Below the pieces are notes generated by a model. That model had not been told where the DNA came from and searched no databases. It saw only the letters and a list, made by a program, of their open reading frames with translations. Made by a program: the position numbers and the translations under genes. A stretch of 64,000 nucleotides of DNA from an uncultured Verrucomicrobiae bacterium (GTDB taxonomy: Bacteria > Verrucomicrobiota > Verrucomicrobiia > Limisphaerales > Palsa-1400), in NCBI GenBank assembly GCA_963702845.1, contig OY969763.1, forward strand, positions 4,448,001 to 4,512,000. The letters run 5' to 3'. This document shows, piece after piece, positions 20,221-30,099 of the stretch. Every line of letters begins with the position of its first letter. Within the stretch, counting starts at the first letter, position 1.

Positions 20221-21153
20221 TCAGCGAATTACAAGGCTTGCCGCACAGCCTCTACATCCTTCGTGATCTCGGTCGTGCAGCGCTGTTGCTGATGGAAACT
20301 TCTGCTCATCGCGAATTTTTTTTACGAACGTCAGTTCCATCGTTTCCCCATAAATATCTCCACTGAAATCAAGTAAGTGTGCCTCCACCTGGAGCTTCGG
20401 CGTCGGCGAATTCAACGTGGGCCGATATCCGATGTTAACAGCTGCACGCTGATTTTTTTTGGCAACTTCCGCAAGCGCGGCGTAAACGCCAGTCGGCGGA
20501 AGAACCAGCCCTGCGACATCCATGTTGGCAGTAGCAAACCCAATTTTGCGCCCGATGCCGTCGCCTTTAACAATTGTGCCACAAAGCGAATACGGCCGGC
20601 CGAGCATCTGATTGGCCAAATCAAGGTTACCCATGCGAATCACTTCGCGGACCCGTGTACTGCTGACCGGCAGGCCATCCAACGCGACACTCGCCAATCC
20701 GTGCACTTGAAAATTCAGTTCCGTACCAAGCGTGCGCAAGAGGTCAACGTTCCCACCCCGCTTGTGGCCGAAGGTAAAATTGCTGCCCACACAAATGCTT
20801 TGGATGTTTTTAAAATCGCGCACGAGGTCTCGAACGAATTGTTCCGCCGGAATCGTGCTGAACTCTTTGGTGAACTCGATGAGATAAGTCGCGTTAACAC
20901 CAAGCGATTCAATGACACTCAGTTTCTTCGCCAATGGATAAATCAACTGGGGCACTCGCTCGGGTGCGACGACCGCATTCGGATGTCGATCGAATGTGAC
21001 GACAACCGACAGCGCTTGATTTTGCACTGCGTCCGCCATCGTTTGTCGAATCACCTGCTGATGCCCAAGATGCACGCCGTCAAAAACGCCAATTGCCACG
21101 CAAACTTTGCGCGTCCCAGGATTCAAGTCTGAAGCGTGACGAATCAGGTTCAT
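20221..21153 (-). CDS. ribF: Bifunctional riboflavin kinase/FAD synthetase (probable indel near the 3' end)
   Basis: GVFDGVHLGHQ, VSSTRVR, GRKIGFATAN, NIGYRPT, EAHLLDF; the expected C-terminal helix EITKDVEAVRQAL* is in another frame. Confidence 0.95.
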   Translation of the reverse strand: MNLIRHASDLNPGTRKVCVAIGVFDGVHLGHQQVIRQTMADAVQNQALSVVVTFDRHPNAVVAPERVPQLIYPLAKKLSVIESLGVNATYLIEFTKEFSTIPAEQFVRDLVRDFKNIQSICVGSNFTFGHKRGGNVDLLRTLGTELNFQVHGLASVALDGLPVSSTRVREVIRMGNLDLANQMLGRPYSLCGTIVKGDGIGRKIGFATANMDVAGLVLPPTGVYAALAEVAKKNQRAAVNIGYRPTLNSPTPKLQVEAHLLDFSGDIYGETMELTFVKKIRDEQKFPSATALHDRDHEGCRGCAASLVIR

Positions 21154-21881
21154 TCGCCGGGAGAATTCGCCATCGCCAAAAGTTTCAGGAACGGAATCAC
21201 GCGCTTTTCCAACTCGCTCTTCGGCAAATTGCAGGCGTCCTCCATCGGAATCGCGTCTGCGACATCAAATTTTCCCGAAACAAGCCGGCGCAAGCTCGAC
21301 AAATGTGCGCCGCAGCCGATTTTCTGCCCGAGATCATGCGCGAGGCTGCGGACGTATGTCCCCTTCGTGCACGCCACCCGAAACGCTCCGATCGGTTCCG
21401 TGTAGCTGCTAAATTTGTAAGTGTAGATATGGATCAAGCGCGCCTTGCGCTCCACTTCCACCCCTTTGCGCGCCAGCTTGTAAAGCGGCACACCATCGAT
21501 CTTCACCGCCGACACCATCGGCGGAGTTTGAAGATGATCGCCCACGAATGTTTTCGACAATTCGTTGAGTTGCTCCACGGTCAGCGGCGGCACTGGCGCA
21601 GTGGCGGTCACGTCACCATCGGCGTCATAGCTCGACGTCGTCGCGCCGAATTTCATCGTGCCTTCATAAACCTTATCGTCCGCCATCAACTTTTCCGAAA
21701 GCTTCGTCGCTTTTCCGAGCACGATGATGAGCAAGCCCGTTGCGGCCGGATCGAGCGTGCCACAATGACCGACCTTCTTAATGCCGAAGTTGCGGCGAAT
21801 AATATCCACCACATCGTGCGAAGTCGGACCGGCGGGCTTATCTATAAGCAACGCGCCATCCAATGAATCAAACTCGGTCAT
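21150..21881 (-). CDS. truB: tRNA pseudouridine(55) synthase
   Basis: KVGHCGTLDP, PPMVSAVK..G.PLYKLAR, KGTYVRSLAHDLG. Confidence 0.96.
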   Translation of the reverse strand: MTEFDSLDGALLIDKPAGPTSHDVVDIIRRNFGIKKVGHCGTLDPAATGLLIIVLGKATKLSEKLMADDKVYEGTMKFGATTSSYDADGDVTATAPVPPLTVEQLNELSKTFVGDHLQTPPMVSAVKIDGVPLYKLARKGVEVERKARLIHIYTYKFSSYTEPIGAFRVACTKGTYVRSLAHDLGQKIGCGAHLSSLRRLVSGKFDVADAIPMEDACNLPKSELEKRVIPFLKLLAMANSPGE

Positions 21882-21923
21882 GAGAAAAGTATCAACCAGC
21901 GGTTAGTGTTTCACAACGCTGCG

Positions 21924-23627
21924 TCAAACCTGCGTTGCCACCGGCTGTTGCGCCGATGTTGTTGTGCGACTGAAGTAGCGATCAATCGTTTGCCGTGAAG
22001 GCGGACGGGTAAGCAGCGAGAACAGCACCATGAAAAACGCCGAACCAACAACCATGGGAACGACGGTCATGTAGTTATTCATAAACCGCACATCACCGTT
22101 AGGCGCGCGCGAAAGAATTTTAACGGCATCCGCCCCTTCACCAATTTTCCAAATGATATCTTCCTTCGGCTTGGCAGGAGGCGTCGCCTTAACCGGAGCA
22201 GAAGCTTCCGGAGTGTTTGGCGTGGACTTCACTTGAGCCGCAACGTCCGGCTTTGCCGGCGGCGTGGGTGGAGGCGGAGACTTTTGCAAAAAGGCAAAAC
22301 CAATCAAAGTCGCCGCCACAAACAAGGTCGCCGCGAGCGCACCCCACTTTGTGCTGCGCTTCCAGAAAAGCGCCGCAATCATCACCGGCGCCATCGCTGC
22401 AAAACCCGAAAAGGCAAAGCGAATGGCGATCTCGAAAATCCCCTGCTTCGATTTCAACGCCAGCGCAACGAAATAGGCAATCACCGTGACCACTAGAATA
22501 AACGCGCGCGCAAAGTAAACCGAACCGCGTTCGCCGTACTTTTTCTTTCCACCGTAATGCGCGAACACGTCCTTTGTGAACATCGTGCTCATCGCCAACA
22601 CCTGATGCGCGTCGGAGCCCATCACCGCCGAAATAATTCCCGCGCCAAGCAGACCCGCGAGCCAGACCGGTGCGTAAGTATCAAGCATCCGCAACAACAC
22701 ACCATCCGGGTCGATCTTGCCGGTGAGCGTCACCGTGCCGAGCACGCCGAGAAAAACGCACGGCAACCAAATCGCCATAATCGCGAGCGGATACAGCACG
22801 ACCGTCCGTTTGAACGCGGTGACCTTCTTCGCCGAAAAGCACATAATCGCCATGTGCGGAAACATGATCGAGGAAAGCGGAATCAACGTATAGCTCCAGA
22901 AAAATTGCGGCGGCATTTTCTCGCGCGTCAGCAGCGTATGAGCCTTCGGGTCATCCATGATCTTCTTGATGTATTCGCCAAACCCGCCTGGCAACGCATG
23001 ACTGATCACCGCCACCGCCACTGCGCCGAAGCACAGGAACAAAATCGTCTGGAAAATATTCACCCAAACCGTGCCGCGCATTCCGCCGAAGAACACATTC
23101 ACCGTCACAACAGCCGCGACAATCGCGCACCCTGCCGCATACGGAATCAGCGGCTGATGCGTTGCGCCTGAAGTCGAGATATCTGCCAACACCGTGCCAC
23201 CGCCCATGATGCTGATGATCATATAGGGAACGAGCATCGCAGCGCTCAGCGCAAAAATAACAGTGCCGATGTGATTACATTCCCAGCGATCACGAAAGTA
23301 TGAGACCTGAGTCTGGTGCCCGAACCGTTTTCCAAGCGCCCAAAGCCGCGTGCCGATGAAGAAGATCGTCATCGGAATCACGAAACACGAAGACGATGCC
23401 ATCAATCCATAAATACCAATTCCCTGCCGATACGCCTGTCCCGAACTGCCGAGAATCGCAAACGCCGTCATGTTCGTCGCGAAGATCGACAAAAAGAAAA
23501 CAAGTGAACCAATCGAACGATTTGCTAGAAAGAAATCCTCCGTGTTCGTCTTACTGCGCCGAAACGCGATGCTGCCGATGAACGCGATGATCGCGAGATA
23601 AACGAAAATGACGACGACAGGAATCAT
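21924..23627 (-). CDS. Sodium:solute symporter family protein
   Basis: About 13 TM helices; DFFLANRSIG, GGMRGTVW, AGIISAVMGS. Confidence 0.9.
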   Translation of the reverse strand: MIPVVVIFVYLAIIAFIGSIAFRRSKTNTEDFFLANRSIGSLVFFLSIFATNMTAFAILGSSGQAYRQGIGIYGLMASSSCFVIPMTIFFIGTRLWALGKRFGHQTQVSYFRDRWECNHIGTVIFALSAAMLVPYMIISIMGGGTVLADISTSGATHQPLIPYAAGCAIVAAVVTVNVFFGGMRGTVWVNIFQTILFLCFGAVAVAVISHALPGGFGEYIKKIMDDPKAHTLLTREKMPPQFFWSYTLIPLSSIMFPHMAIMCFSAKKVTAFKRTVVLYPLAIMAIWLPCVFLGVLGTVTLTGKIDPDGVLLRMLDTYAPVWLAGLLGAGIISAVMGSDAHQVLAMSTMFTKDVFAHYGGKKKYGERGSVYFARAFILVVTVIAYFVALALKSKQGIFEIAIRFAFSGFAAMAPVMIAALFWKRSTKWGALAATLFVAATLIGFAFLQKSPPPPTPPAKPDVAAQVKSTPNTPEASAPVKATPPAKPKEDIIWKIGEGADAVKILSRAPNGDVRFMNNYMTVVPMVVGSAFFMVLFSLLTRPPSRQTIDRYFSRTTTSAQQPVATQV

Positions 23628-23869
23628 TTCGCGCCCTCGCTTTTGCTAGCGTTCTGCGGGTCCGCCTCCTCGACTTCGAGGTGTGTCGGCCAAACCGTCT
23701 TCACCAGCACCCCCATCGTGATCGCGCACAAAATCGAATACCCCGCGTGATACGCGAGGCCAATCGGCAAAAAACCGAACACCAGTGGCTCGGTCTTATT
23801 CCAATTCCAGAAATCCTGATGTACCACGTAAACCGCGACGACCAATAAGAGCAGCAAAAACTTTTTCAT
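23624..23869 (-). CDS. Small membrane protein (DUF3311-like) accompanying the symporter
   Basis: HQDFWNW...PLVFGFLPIGLAYH; ATGA-coupled to the SSS gene. Confidence 0.8.
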   Translation of the reverse strand: MKKFLLLLLVVAVYVVHQDFWNWNKTEPLVFGFLPIGLAYHAGYSILCAITMGVLVKTVWPTHLEVEEADPQNASKSEGAK

Positions 23870-23875
23870 CAGTTC

Positions 23876-25531
23876 TTAATTTTTCTGCAGGTCGATTTTA
23901 GCCGGCGCGTCCGTCACGGGCTGTTTGCGATTAGGATCAGTGAACGCAAATAAATGCGTGTTGGAATGCACGTATAAAACACCGTTCGCCACGATTGGCG
24001 TGGAGTAAACCGGCGCACCGAGATTCGTAACACTGAGGAGTTTTTTCTCCTTGGTCGCAGCAAACACATAAAAATCACCGTCTTCGTTGCCGATATAAAC
24101 TTTGCCGTCAGCCACCAGAGTCGAGCCCCAAACGTGCGCCTTCAAGTCATGCACCCAATAAACCTTGCCGGTCTCCGCATCCAGGCAATGAAGGAATCCA
24201 GAAAAGTCCCCTACGAACAGCAAGCCGTCTGGTGTGATCGACACACTCGACAAGCTGCGATGAATTTTATCGTAGGTCCAAACTTTCGCCGATTTCGTCA
24301 CATCGCCAGTCTTGGTCGCGTCGATACACGTCAAAATACCAACGCCTTCGCCGTGCTCAGGATCCTGGCCGACTGCTACATAAACGCGGTTTTTCCAAAA
24401 CACTGGCGTCGCATTAATTTCACTCGGGCCGTCCGGCGCGGGATATTTGTGCGCGGTATCTTTGACGCGGCGTTCCGGCGGGTTCGCATCGCACCACCAA
24501 ACCTTCTTCAAATAATCCGTGTCCTTGTCCTCTTCGCGCTCGACCGGCGCACCGGGAATAACCGGCTCCATCTTCGCCCCTGTTCCTTTTTGCGGTTTTG
24601 CGTCGAACGCATAACAAACTCCATCACCACCGCCGAAGAAAACCAGCTTGCGTCCATTCACAACACCGATTGAGGGAGAACTCCATTGTCCGTGGAAAAT
24701 GCGCGGACCAATTGCGGCATTATCTTCCGCGCGTAATTTGCCAGTATTTTTGTCGATTGCGACAAAGCTCGGCGAATTCGGCGAAGGAATATTCACGTGC
24801 GTCCAGTCCTGGCCGTTCGACGTGCACGCATAAACCAAATCATCATCGACCAGCAGCGAGCAGTTCGACGCGTTGTGCGGGAATACGCCCAGCTCATCCA
24901 TCATGTCATAGCGCCAAATAATATCCGCGTCCTTCGGGCCGATTTTCGACGGCGGCTTGCCGGGACCGGAGACATACTGCGCTTCGTCTTTGAAAGGACC
25001 ATCGTTGCCATTCGCCTGACCTTCAGTATCGAGGCACAGCACTTCGCAACGGCTGCTCACGACATAGAGTCGATTATTCTGCACGCACGGCGAAGACAGG
25101 AGGCCGAGACTTTCCCAGTCATTCACTTTGCCCGAAGCGAGTTTGGGCACCACTAATTGCCACAACAAATCACCACTCTTCGCATCGAGCGCCAAAAGAA
25201 TACTCCGGTCGCCCTGATGCTGCGGGTCGCGCGGATTTTCGTTGTTCGTGCCGATGAACAATTTTCCGCCGGACTCCACCACGTTGCCATAACTTTGCGA
25301 CCCGAGTTTCGCCACCCACTTCGCGCCCGGTAAATTCTTCGGGTCCACCTCTTCCGTCCCGGTCTTCATCTCAACGCGCTGGCCTTTTTCCTTCGTGAAA
25401 TGATCGGGCAACCCGGTCTCCGGCGAATACATATTGCGCCCCGGATCGTTACCACCCCAACGCGGCCAATCAGCGGCGAATGTTGCCGTTGCGAACGACA
25501 GCGCGATGCAAAGAGAGAATTTCGTTTTCAT
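23876..25531 (-). CDS. PQQ-binding-like beta-propeller repeat protein
   Basis: ADWPRWGG start, repeated LxCLDAxTGxxxW, STPIVANG. Confidence 0.88.
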   Translation of the reverse strand: MKTKFSLCIALSFATATFAADWPRWGGNDPGRNMYSPETGLPDHFTKEKGQRVEMKTGTEEVDPKNLPGAKWVAKLGSQSYGNVVESGGKLFIGTNNENPRDPQHQGDRSILLALDAKSGDLLWQLVVPKLASGKVNDWESLGLLSSPCVQNNRLYVVSSRCEVLCLDTEGQANGNDGPFKDEAQYVSGPGKPPSKIGPKDADIIWRYDMMDELGVFPHNASNCSLLVDDDLVYACTSNGQDWTHVNIPSPNSPSFVAIDKNTGKLRAEDNAAIGPRIFHGQWSSPSIGVVNGRKLVFFGGGDGVCYAFDAKPQKGTGAKMEPVIPGAPVEREEDKDTDYLKKVWWCDANPPERRVKDTAHKYPAPDGPSEINATPVFWKNRVYVAVGQDPEHGEGVGILTCIDATKTGDVTKSAKVWTYDKIHRSLSSVSITPDGLLFVGDFSGFLHCLDAETGKVYWVHDLKAHVWGSTLVADGKVYIGNEDGDFYVFAATKEKKLLSVTNLGAPVYSTPIVANGVLYVHSNTHLFAFTDPNRKQPVTDAPAKIDLQKN

Positions 25532-25539
25532 GTGAAAAA

Positions 25540-27840
25540 TTAGTTCGCGGTGACAGAAATATTATCAATGTAAACCCGCATGTCCTGCGGCGAGAAACCG
25601 GACAAGCCCGGGGAACCGTTCTGGTTGGCGATCTTCACCGGCGCCTCGTTCGTCCACTTGTCGGGTTCAGCATCGCCCCGTTTCCAAGCTTTCGCACGGA
25701 CGACTCCGGACCCGTCGGCGGCCACGTCCACGCGCGCTTTCAAATGATACCACGTGTTCGGCACCCACTTAAACGACACGCGCGAACTCAACAATTCCTG
25801 GTTCGAAGTGATCTCCAAGGCCTGCTCGTTGCCTTTCAAGCGAATCAAATAACGTTGGTTGATTACACCAACGTCAGACATCTTGCGCTTATTACCCTCA
25901 CTCATCACGTCTGCTTCGATCGTATAATTCTTCAACGCCGGCGAACCCATGAACACCATCGCGCGACGAAAGAACGAATTATCCACCGTCTTCACCAGGC
26001 ATTTCGATCCATCTTTGTCGCGCACTTCGAATTTAAAGCGCGCGCCAATCCATGGCAGGGGCGGGTAAGCATATTTCGTCGGAGGTTCGACCGAGTTTGT
26101 CGTCGTTTCGCTCAATGTGAATGACTCAAAATCCTGTTTGATCGGTAACCCCGGCAAAACGCGGCCGCGAGTGTATCCTTTCAAACCATCCGACTGCGCT
26201 TCGAACGCGCCAGCCGACGGCACCTTGTCCGGTGCCGCTGTAAATTTTCCTTCAGCATCAAACGAACCTTTCACCATCGCTCGCACCTTGGCCGTAGGCG
26301 GAATGAACGGCTCCCACTTCACCGCATTCGCCGCGATGTCCTTTACCGGCAAGCCGTTTTTATCCAACGAACGCACATGGAATGTCTGCGATTCATCAGG
26401 GTGCAGTAAAAGCTCGTTCGGAATCACTTGCAACTGCGCCGCAGGTCCAGGCGCTGGCCAGGCTGGTTCCGCTGTGGACGAAATGTCCGTCGCCTGTCCG
26501 GCTTTGCCGAAGCAATAAATCTTCTTAGCCGTTTGAATATATATCTTTCCATTCCAAGCCGTCGGCGTGCCGTAACAACGCCCGTCCAACGTCACTTTCG
26601 AAATGACTTTTCCCTCGGTATCGCCCGATTGAACGACATACAAAGCACCGTGCCCGCCGGCAACCTCATCACCACCTTCATTCACCGCCGGGTCATTCAA
26701 AATTGGTGCAAAAATTTTACCATCAGCAAAAAGCGGCGACGAATTGCGCTGCTCCGTCCCGAGCTTTAAATTCCACATGACCCGCCCCGTGTTCGCATCT
26801 ACACAAACGAGATACCCGACTTCGCTCGTCACATAGACGCGGTCGCCGACAAGAATCGGCGAACTCGCCGACGTGCGGATTTCATTACTCCAAAGTTCGA
26901 CCTTCGAGCGCGGCACCACCACTGGCTCTGCCGCGTTCGTCGGCGTCACCGACGGAATCTTCAACGCCACCATCTGTCCGGGTTCATACGGTGTCCCGTA
27001 AATCGCAATGATCGAATTGCCATGCAACAACAGCGACGAATTGATACCGGCCTTGAACAGCGGCACGCGAAAAATCGGTTCGCCTGTGCGCGCATTCACA
27101 CAAACCACGCTGCCGTCACCCGTCGCGGAATAAAACACGCGCTTGCCATCGAGCCACGCCAACACCGGATGAGAATACGAATTGTCTTTGGGCCGATCGC
27201 CAGGGTTCGACGCCCAAACCGGCTCGCCCGTCTTTTTGTCAAAAGCGTAAAAGCGATCCGCGCCCGGCCCTTGCGCGCCCCAATTCGCCGTGATGCCGCG
27301 CGTAATCACCAAATCTTTGTCAACCACCGGCGAAGCAGTCCGTCCGTTCGGGAACGTCAACCGGCCGAACTCCTCCATCAACGAATGTTCCCACAACGTT
27401 TTCCCATCGGCCGTGAATCCAGCAAAAATCCCCTGAGTGTCTTGAATGTAAACATTGCCCGTCTCTGGATCGACGGTCGGCGATGATGTCGCATACCGCA
27501 GATAAATCGTGTCGCTTAGAAAATCAGGATAGACCTTTTGCCAAAGCAGCTTGCCAGTCTCTGCGTCAAAACACGCGACGCCTTCCTGCAACTCCGCGCC
27601 CTCACCCACATAACCCATGATATATAATTTGCCGTCGGCGATGACGGGCGTGGACATGCCGGGGAAATCCGCCGTCCAAAGCGCCTGCTTCACGTCGAGC
27701 GTGCTCGGCAAATTCTTCTCTGGCGAGCTCCCGTTTTGATTCGGGCCGCGCCAATTGAGCCAGCCGCTCACGGCAGCAGACGACGATGTCGAAATGGTAA
27801 AACCAAGGAGGAGCGACAAAAGCGGACGTAAAGTTTTCAT
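25540..27840 (-). CDS. PQQ-binding-like beta-propeller protein with C-terminal beta-sandwich (lectin-like) domain
   Basis: WLNWRGP, repeated DAxTGxxxW blades; C-terminal WYHLKARV domain. Confidence 0.85.
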   Translation of the reverse strand: MKTLRPLLSLLLGFTISTSSSAAVSGWLNWRGPNQNGSSPEKNLPSTLDVKQALWTADFPGMSTPVIADGKLYIMGYVGEGAELQEGVACFDAETGKLLWQKVYPDFLSDTIYLRYATSSPTVDPETGNVYIQDTQGIFAGFTADGKTLWEHSLMEEFGRLTFPNGRTASPVVDKDLVITRGITANWGAQGPGADRFYAFDKKTGEPVWASNPGDRPKDNSYSHPVLAWLDGKRVFYSATGDGSVVCVNARTGEPIFRVPLFKAGINSSLLLHGNSIIAIYGTPYEPGQMVALKIPSVTPTNAAEPVVVPRSKVELWSNEIRTSASSPILVGDRVYVTSEVGYLVCVDANTGRVMWNLKLGTEQRNSSPLFADGKIFAPILNDPAVNEGGDEVAGGHGALYVVQSGDTEGKVISKVTLDGRCYGTPTAWNGKIYIQTAKKIYCFGKAGQATDISSTAEPAWPAPGPAAQLQVIPNELLLHPDESQTFHVRSLDKNGLPVKDIAANAVKWEPFIPPTAKVRAMVKGSFDAEGKFTAAPDKVPSAGAFEAQSDGLKGYTRGRVLPGLPIKQDFESFTLSETTTNSVEPPTKYAYPPLPWIGARFKFEVRDKDGSKCLVKTVDNSFFRRAMVFMGSPALKNYTIEADVMSEGNKRKMSDVGVINQRYLIRLKGNEQALEITSNQELLSSRVSFKWVPNTWYHLKARVDVAADGSGVVRAKAWKRGDAEPDKWTNEAPVKIANQNGSPGLSGFSPQDMRVYIDNISVTAN

Positions 27841-27986
27841 AATGGTGTCTTGTCTTCCTGAAGTTCCGATTATTTCCAGTCCCTCGCAGCCATGCAACTG
27901 AAATAATACTTACACGTATCATCAGGAACCCTGCCGATCTTGTCGGGTTTTGGCTTAACGCGGCGTAAACACCGCATTCCAATAAG

Positions 27987-29069
27987 TTATCCGGCGCGAA
28001 GCTGTTCCAACACGTGCGCGACAGTGGCGGTGCGGTTCTGCGTTCCGAAATGGGCAAGGATACGTTCGACGTGTTTGCGCGTCGTTCCTTCGCGAGTGCC
28101 GAGCAACAGGGCAATTTCCGCATTCGTCTTGCCGTGGACCAGCCAGTAAAGGACTTCGGTTTCGCGAGGGGTCAGACCGAAACGTTTGAAGACTTCGACC
28201 GAAATCGTTGCGGTGCTTTCGGTGAGGACGAGCATCGCCGGATTAATCGGGTGCAAAACCAGGCGGATGGTCAATTGTTGTTCGGCGCAACTGACTTTGA
28301 GCGGCTGAACGGGCGATCCAACCAGCAGCCGCTCGGCGATTTTCTTCAACTGCTCGCGCATCCAGCGCGACACGTTTTCGGGTAGCGACGCACGATTGCG
28401 CCAACCGCCACAATACTTTGCCAATTGTTTGGCGGCCAATGGGCTCATCCCTTTCAGCCGATGGTCGCGAGTCAAAAACACAATGCCTTGGCCAGCGACT
28501 TCGCTCGCGTGATTCAATGAAACATTTTCGCCGGACACCTCGGCGAAGGCGCGGACGTTTTTAATCGCGGCAGAATAGTGCTGGCTCAGATGGCGTAAAA
28601 CCTCTTCATCGCGAACGGTGAAATCGCCCGCGTGGCGATGCACCACAAATCCGATGTGCGACGCGTTCGAATCTGGAACAATCCCGGCAAACTGGTAACG
28701 CAATCCGAGCGGGCGGTGAAAAGCGTTGAATAGGTCGGTCCGTTCGAATCGGCGCTGGCTCATTCGCGAAGTCAATGGGCCGAACAGGCTACCTTCGGTG
28801 TATCCAGGAACAAATTCAGGAATTCTCCCAGATAGTTCGAGGAACATAGGCGCGAGTTTCACCACGTCAGTCCGGTACGGAAAAACGATTGGGCGGGTGA
28901 CCTCGAATTTCTGCGTATCGAGTTCCCCGGTCATGAGCAGGTCCGCGGAAATCAAATCCTTGGCGACCTTCATCCACGCCCAGGCGAGGTCGAAAATCGT
29001 GCGTTGAGAGTAGATAGCGGGTAACGCTGAGGAGATCCCAGCCCAGTCGGTATGTGATAAACGTTTCAT
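27987..29069 (-). CDS. LuxR-family HTH transcriptional regulator with N-terminal sensor (GAF-like)
   Basis: GLTPRETEVLYWLVHGKTNAEIALLLG...TTRKHVERI. Confidence 0.88.
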   Translation of the reverse strand: MKRLSHTDWAGISSALPAIYSQRTIFDLAWAWMKVAKDLISADLLMTGELDTQKFEVTRPIVFPYRTDVVKLAPMFLELSGRIPEFVPGYTEGSLFGPLTSRMSQRRFERTDLFNAFHRPLGLRYQFAGIVPDSNASHIGFVVHRHAGDFTVRDEEVLRHLSQHYSAAIKNVRAFAEVSGENVSLNHASEVAGQGIVFLTRDHRLKGMSPLAAKQLAKYCGGWRNRASLPENVSRWMREQLKKIAERLLVGSPVQPLKVSCAEQQLTIRLVLHPINPAMLVLTESTATISVEVFKRFGLTPRETEVLYWLVHGKTNAEIALLLGTREGTTRKHVERILAHFGTQNRTATVAHVLEQLRAG

Positions 29070-29553
29070 CGCGTAATTACGACCTAACAGTTCACGGTTG
29101 TTCCCAAGTCACACCGGTTCTGGGCAAAAACGGCATGACTTACTTCTAAAGGAAACGACGTTGGAGTTTTTATCAGAGCGGCGGCGCGTACGCAACTCTG
29201 CGTACAGACAGAATCTAGCATGACAACATAACATCCGTGCGTTGGTTGTCTTCCGTCTGGTAAGTTGAGTGCGTTCGCGTCTGTAACCCGGTGCTGTCGT
29301 TTGGTGCGTTTCTGCCAGTGCCGCGGTTTGTTTAGCGCGCTCAAATCGGGTGGGATTGCAGAACCGGAAGCAACTGACTTTCCAGCAGAGCTGGGGCGCT
29401 CTGCTGGTTTTTTCGTCACGACGTTCCATGGATCACTTCTTATCATCTTCTTCGCTTTTACCTTGTCCTGTGCCGCTCATATGGTTTAGACGACGTGTAT
29501 GTTTTCCAAACGCGTGACGTTTCAACTGCTGCACTTCGCAGTAAACAAAAATC

Positions 29554-30024
29554 GTGGTTAAGAAAAATCAGCTTCCAATCGATGCCCCCAGCCGGAGGCG
29601 AATGCCGATCCTGCTCCGTCACGCATGGTATGGTTTGAACCAAGCCTTTCGCCGTCGCATCGCATCCATTGGCGTCACACCCGATCAATTCACCGTTCTG
29701 CGCACAATGCTGGAACACGAAAAGGCTGGCCTGACACAAAGCGAACTCACCCGCGAAATCGCCAGCGATCCCAACACTATTGCCTCGCTTGTGCTACGCA
29801 TGGAACGCGCTGGATGGATCCATCGCGCCCGCCATGAACGCGATCGCCGTGCTTACCATTTAAAAATTACCGCTATCGGCCGCACGAAATATAAACATGC
29901 GCGCAAAATCGCCGTTGGCTTGCAGGAAGAACTCCTATCCGATTGGCCTGAAAAGAAGCGCGAAGAATTCCTCACCAACCTCGCCCAAATCGCCGACCGC
30001 TGCCGCGCCGTCGCGAAACGCTAG
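29554..30024 (+). CDS. MarR-family transcriptional regulator
   Basis: GVTPDQFTVL, LTQSEL, RMERAGWIHR..DRRAY.LKIT..G. Confidence 0.9.
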   Translation: MVKKNQLPIDAPSRRRMPILLRHAWYGLNQAFRRRIASIGVTPDQFTVLRTMLEHEKAGLTQSELTREIASDPNTIASLVLRMERAGWIHRARHERDRRAYHLKITAIGRTKYKHARKIAVGLQEELLSDWPEKKREEFLTNLAQIADRCRAVAKR

Positions 30025-30099
30025 GAAAGTCCTTTCACCTTGACAGACTCGTCCGGTGGCGTTGGTATAGCTGCTTCAGCCACAAATACCTTGCGCATT

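Noticed and set aside
29084..29489. Short ORFs between the LuxR and MarR genes
   Set aside because: Several overlapping frames with no recognisable motif; cannot choose or support any
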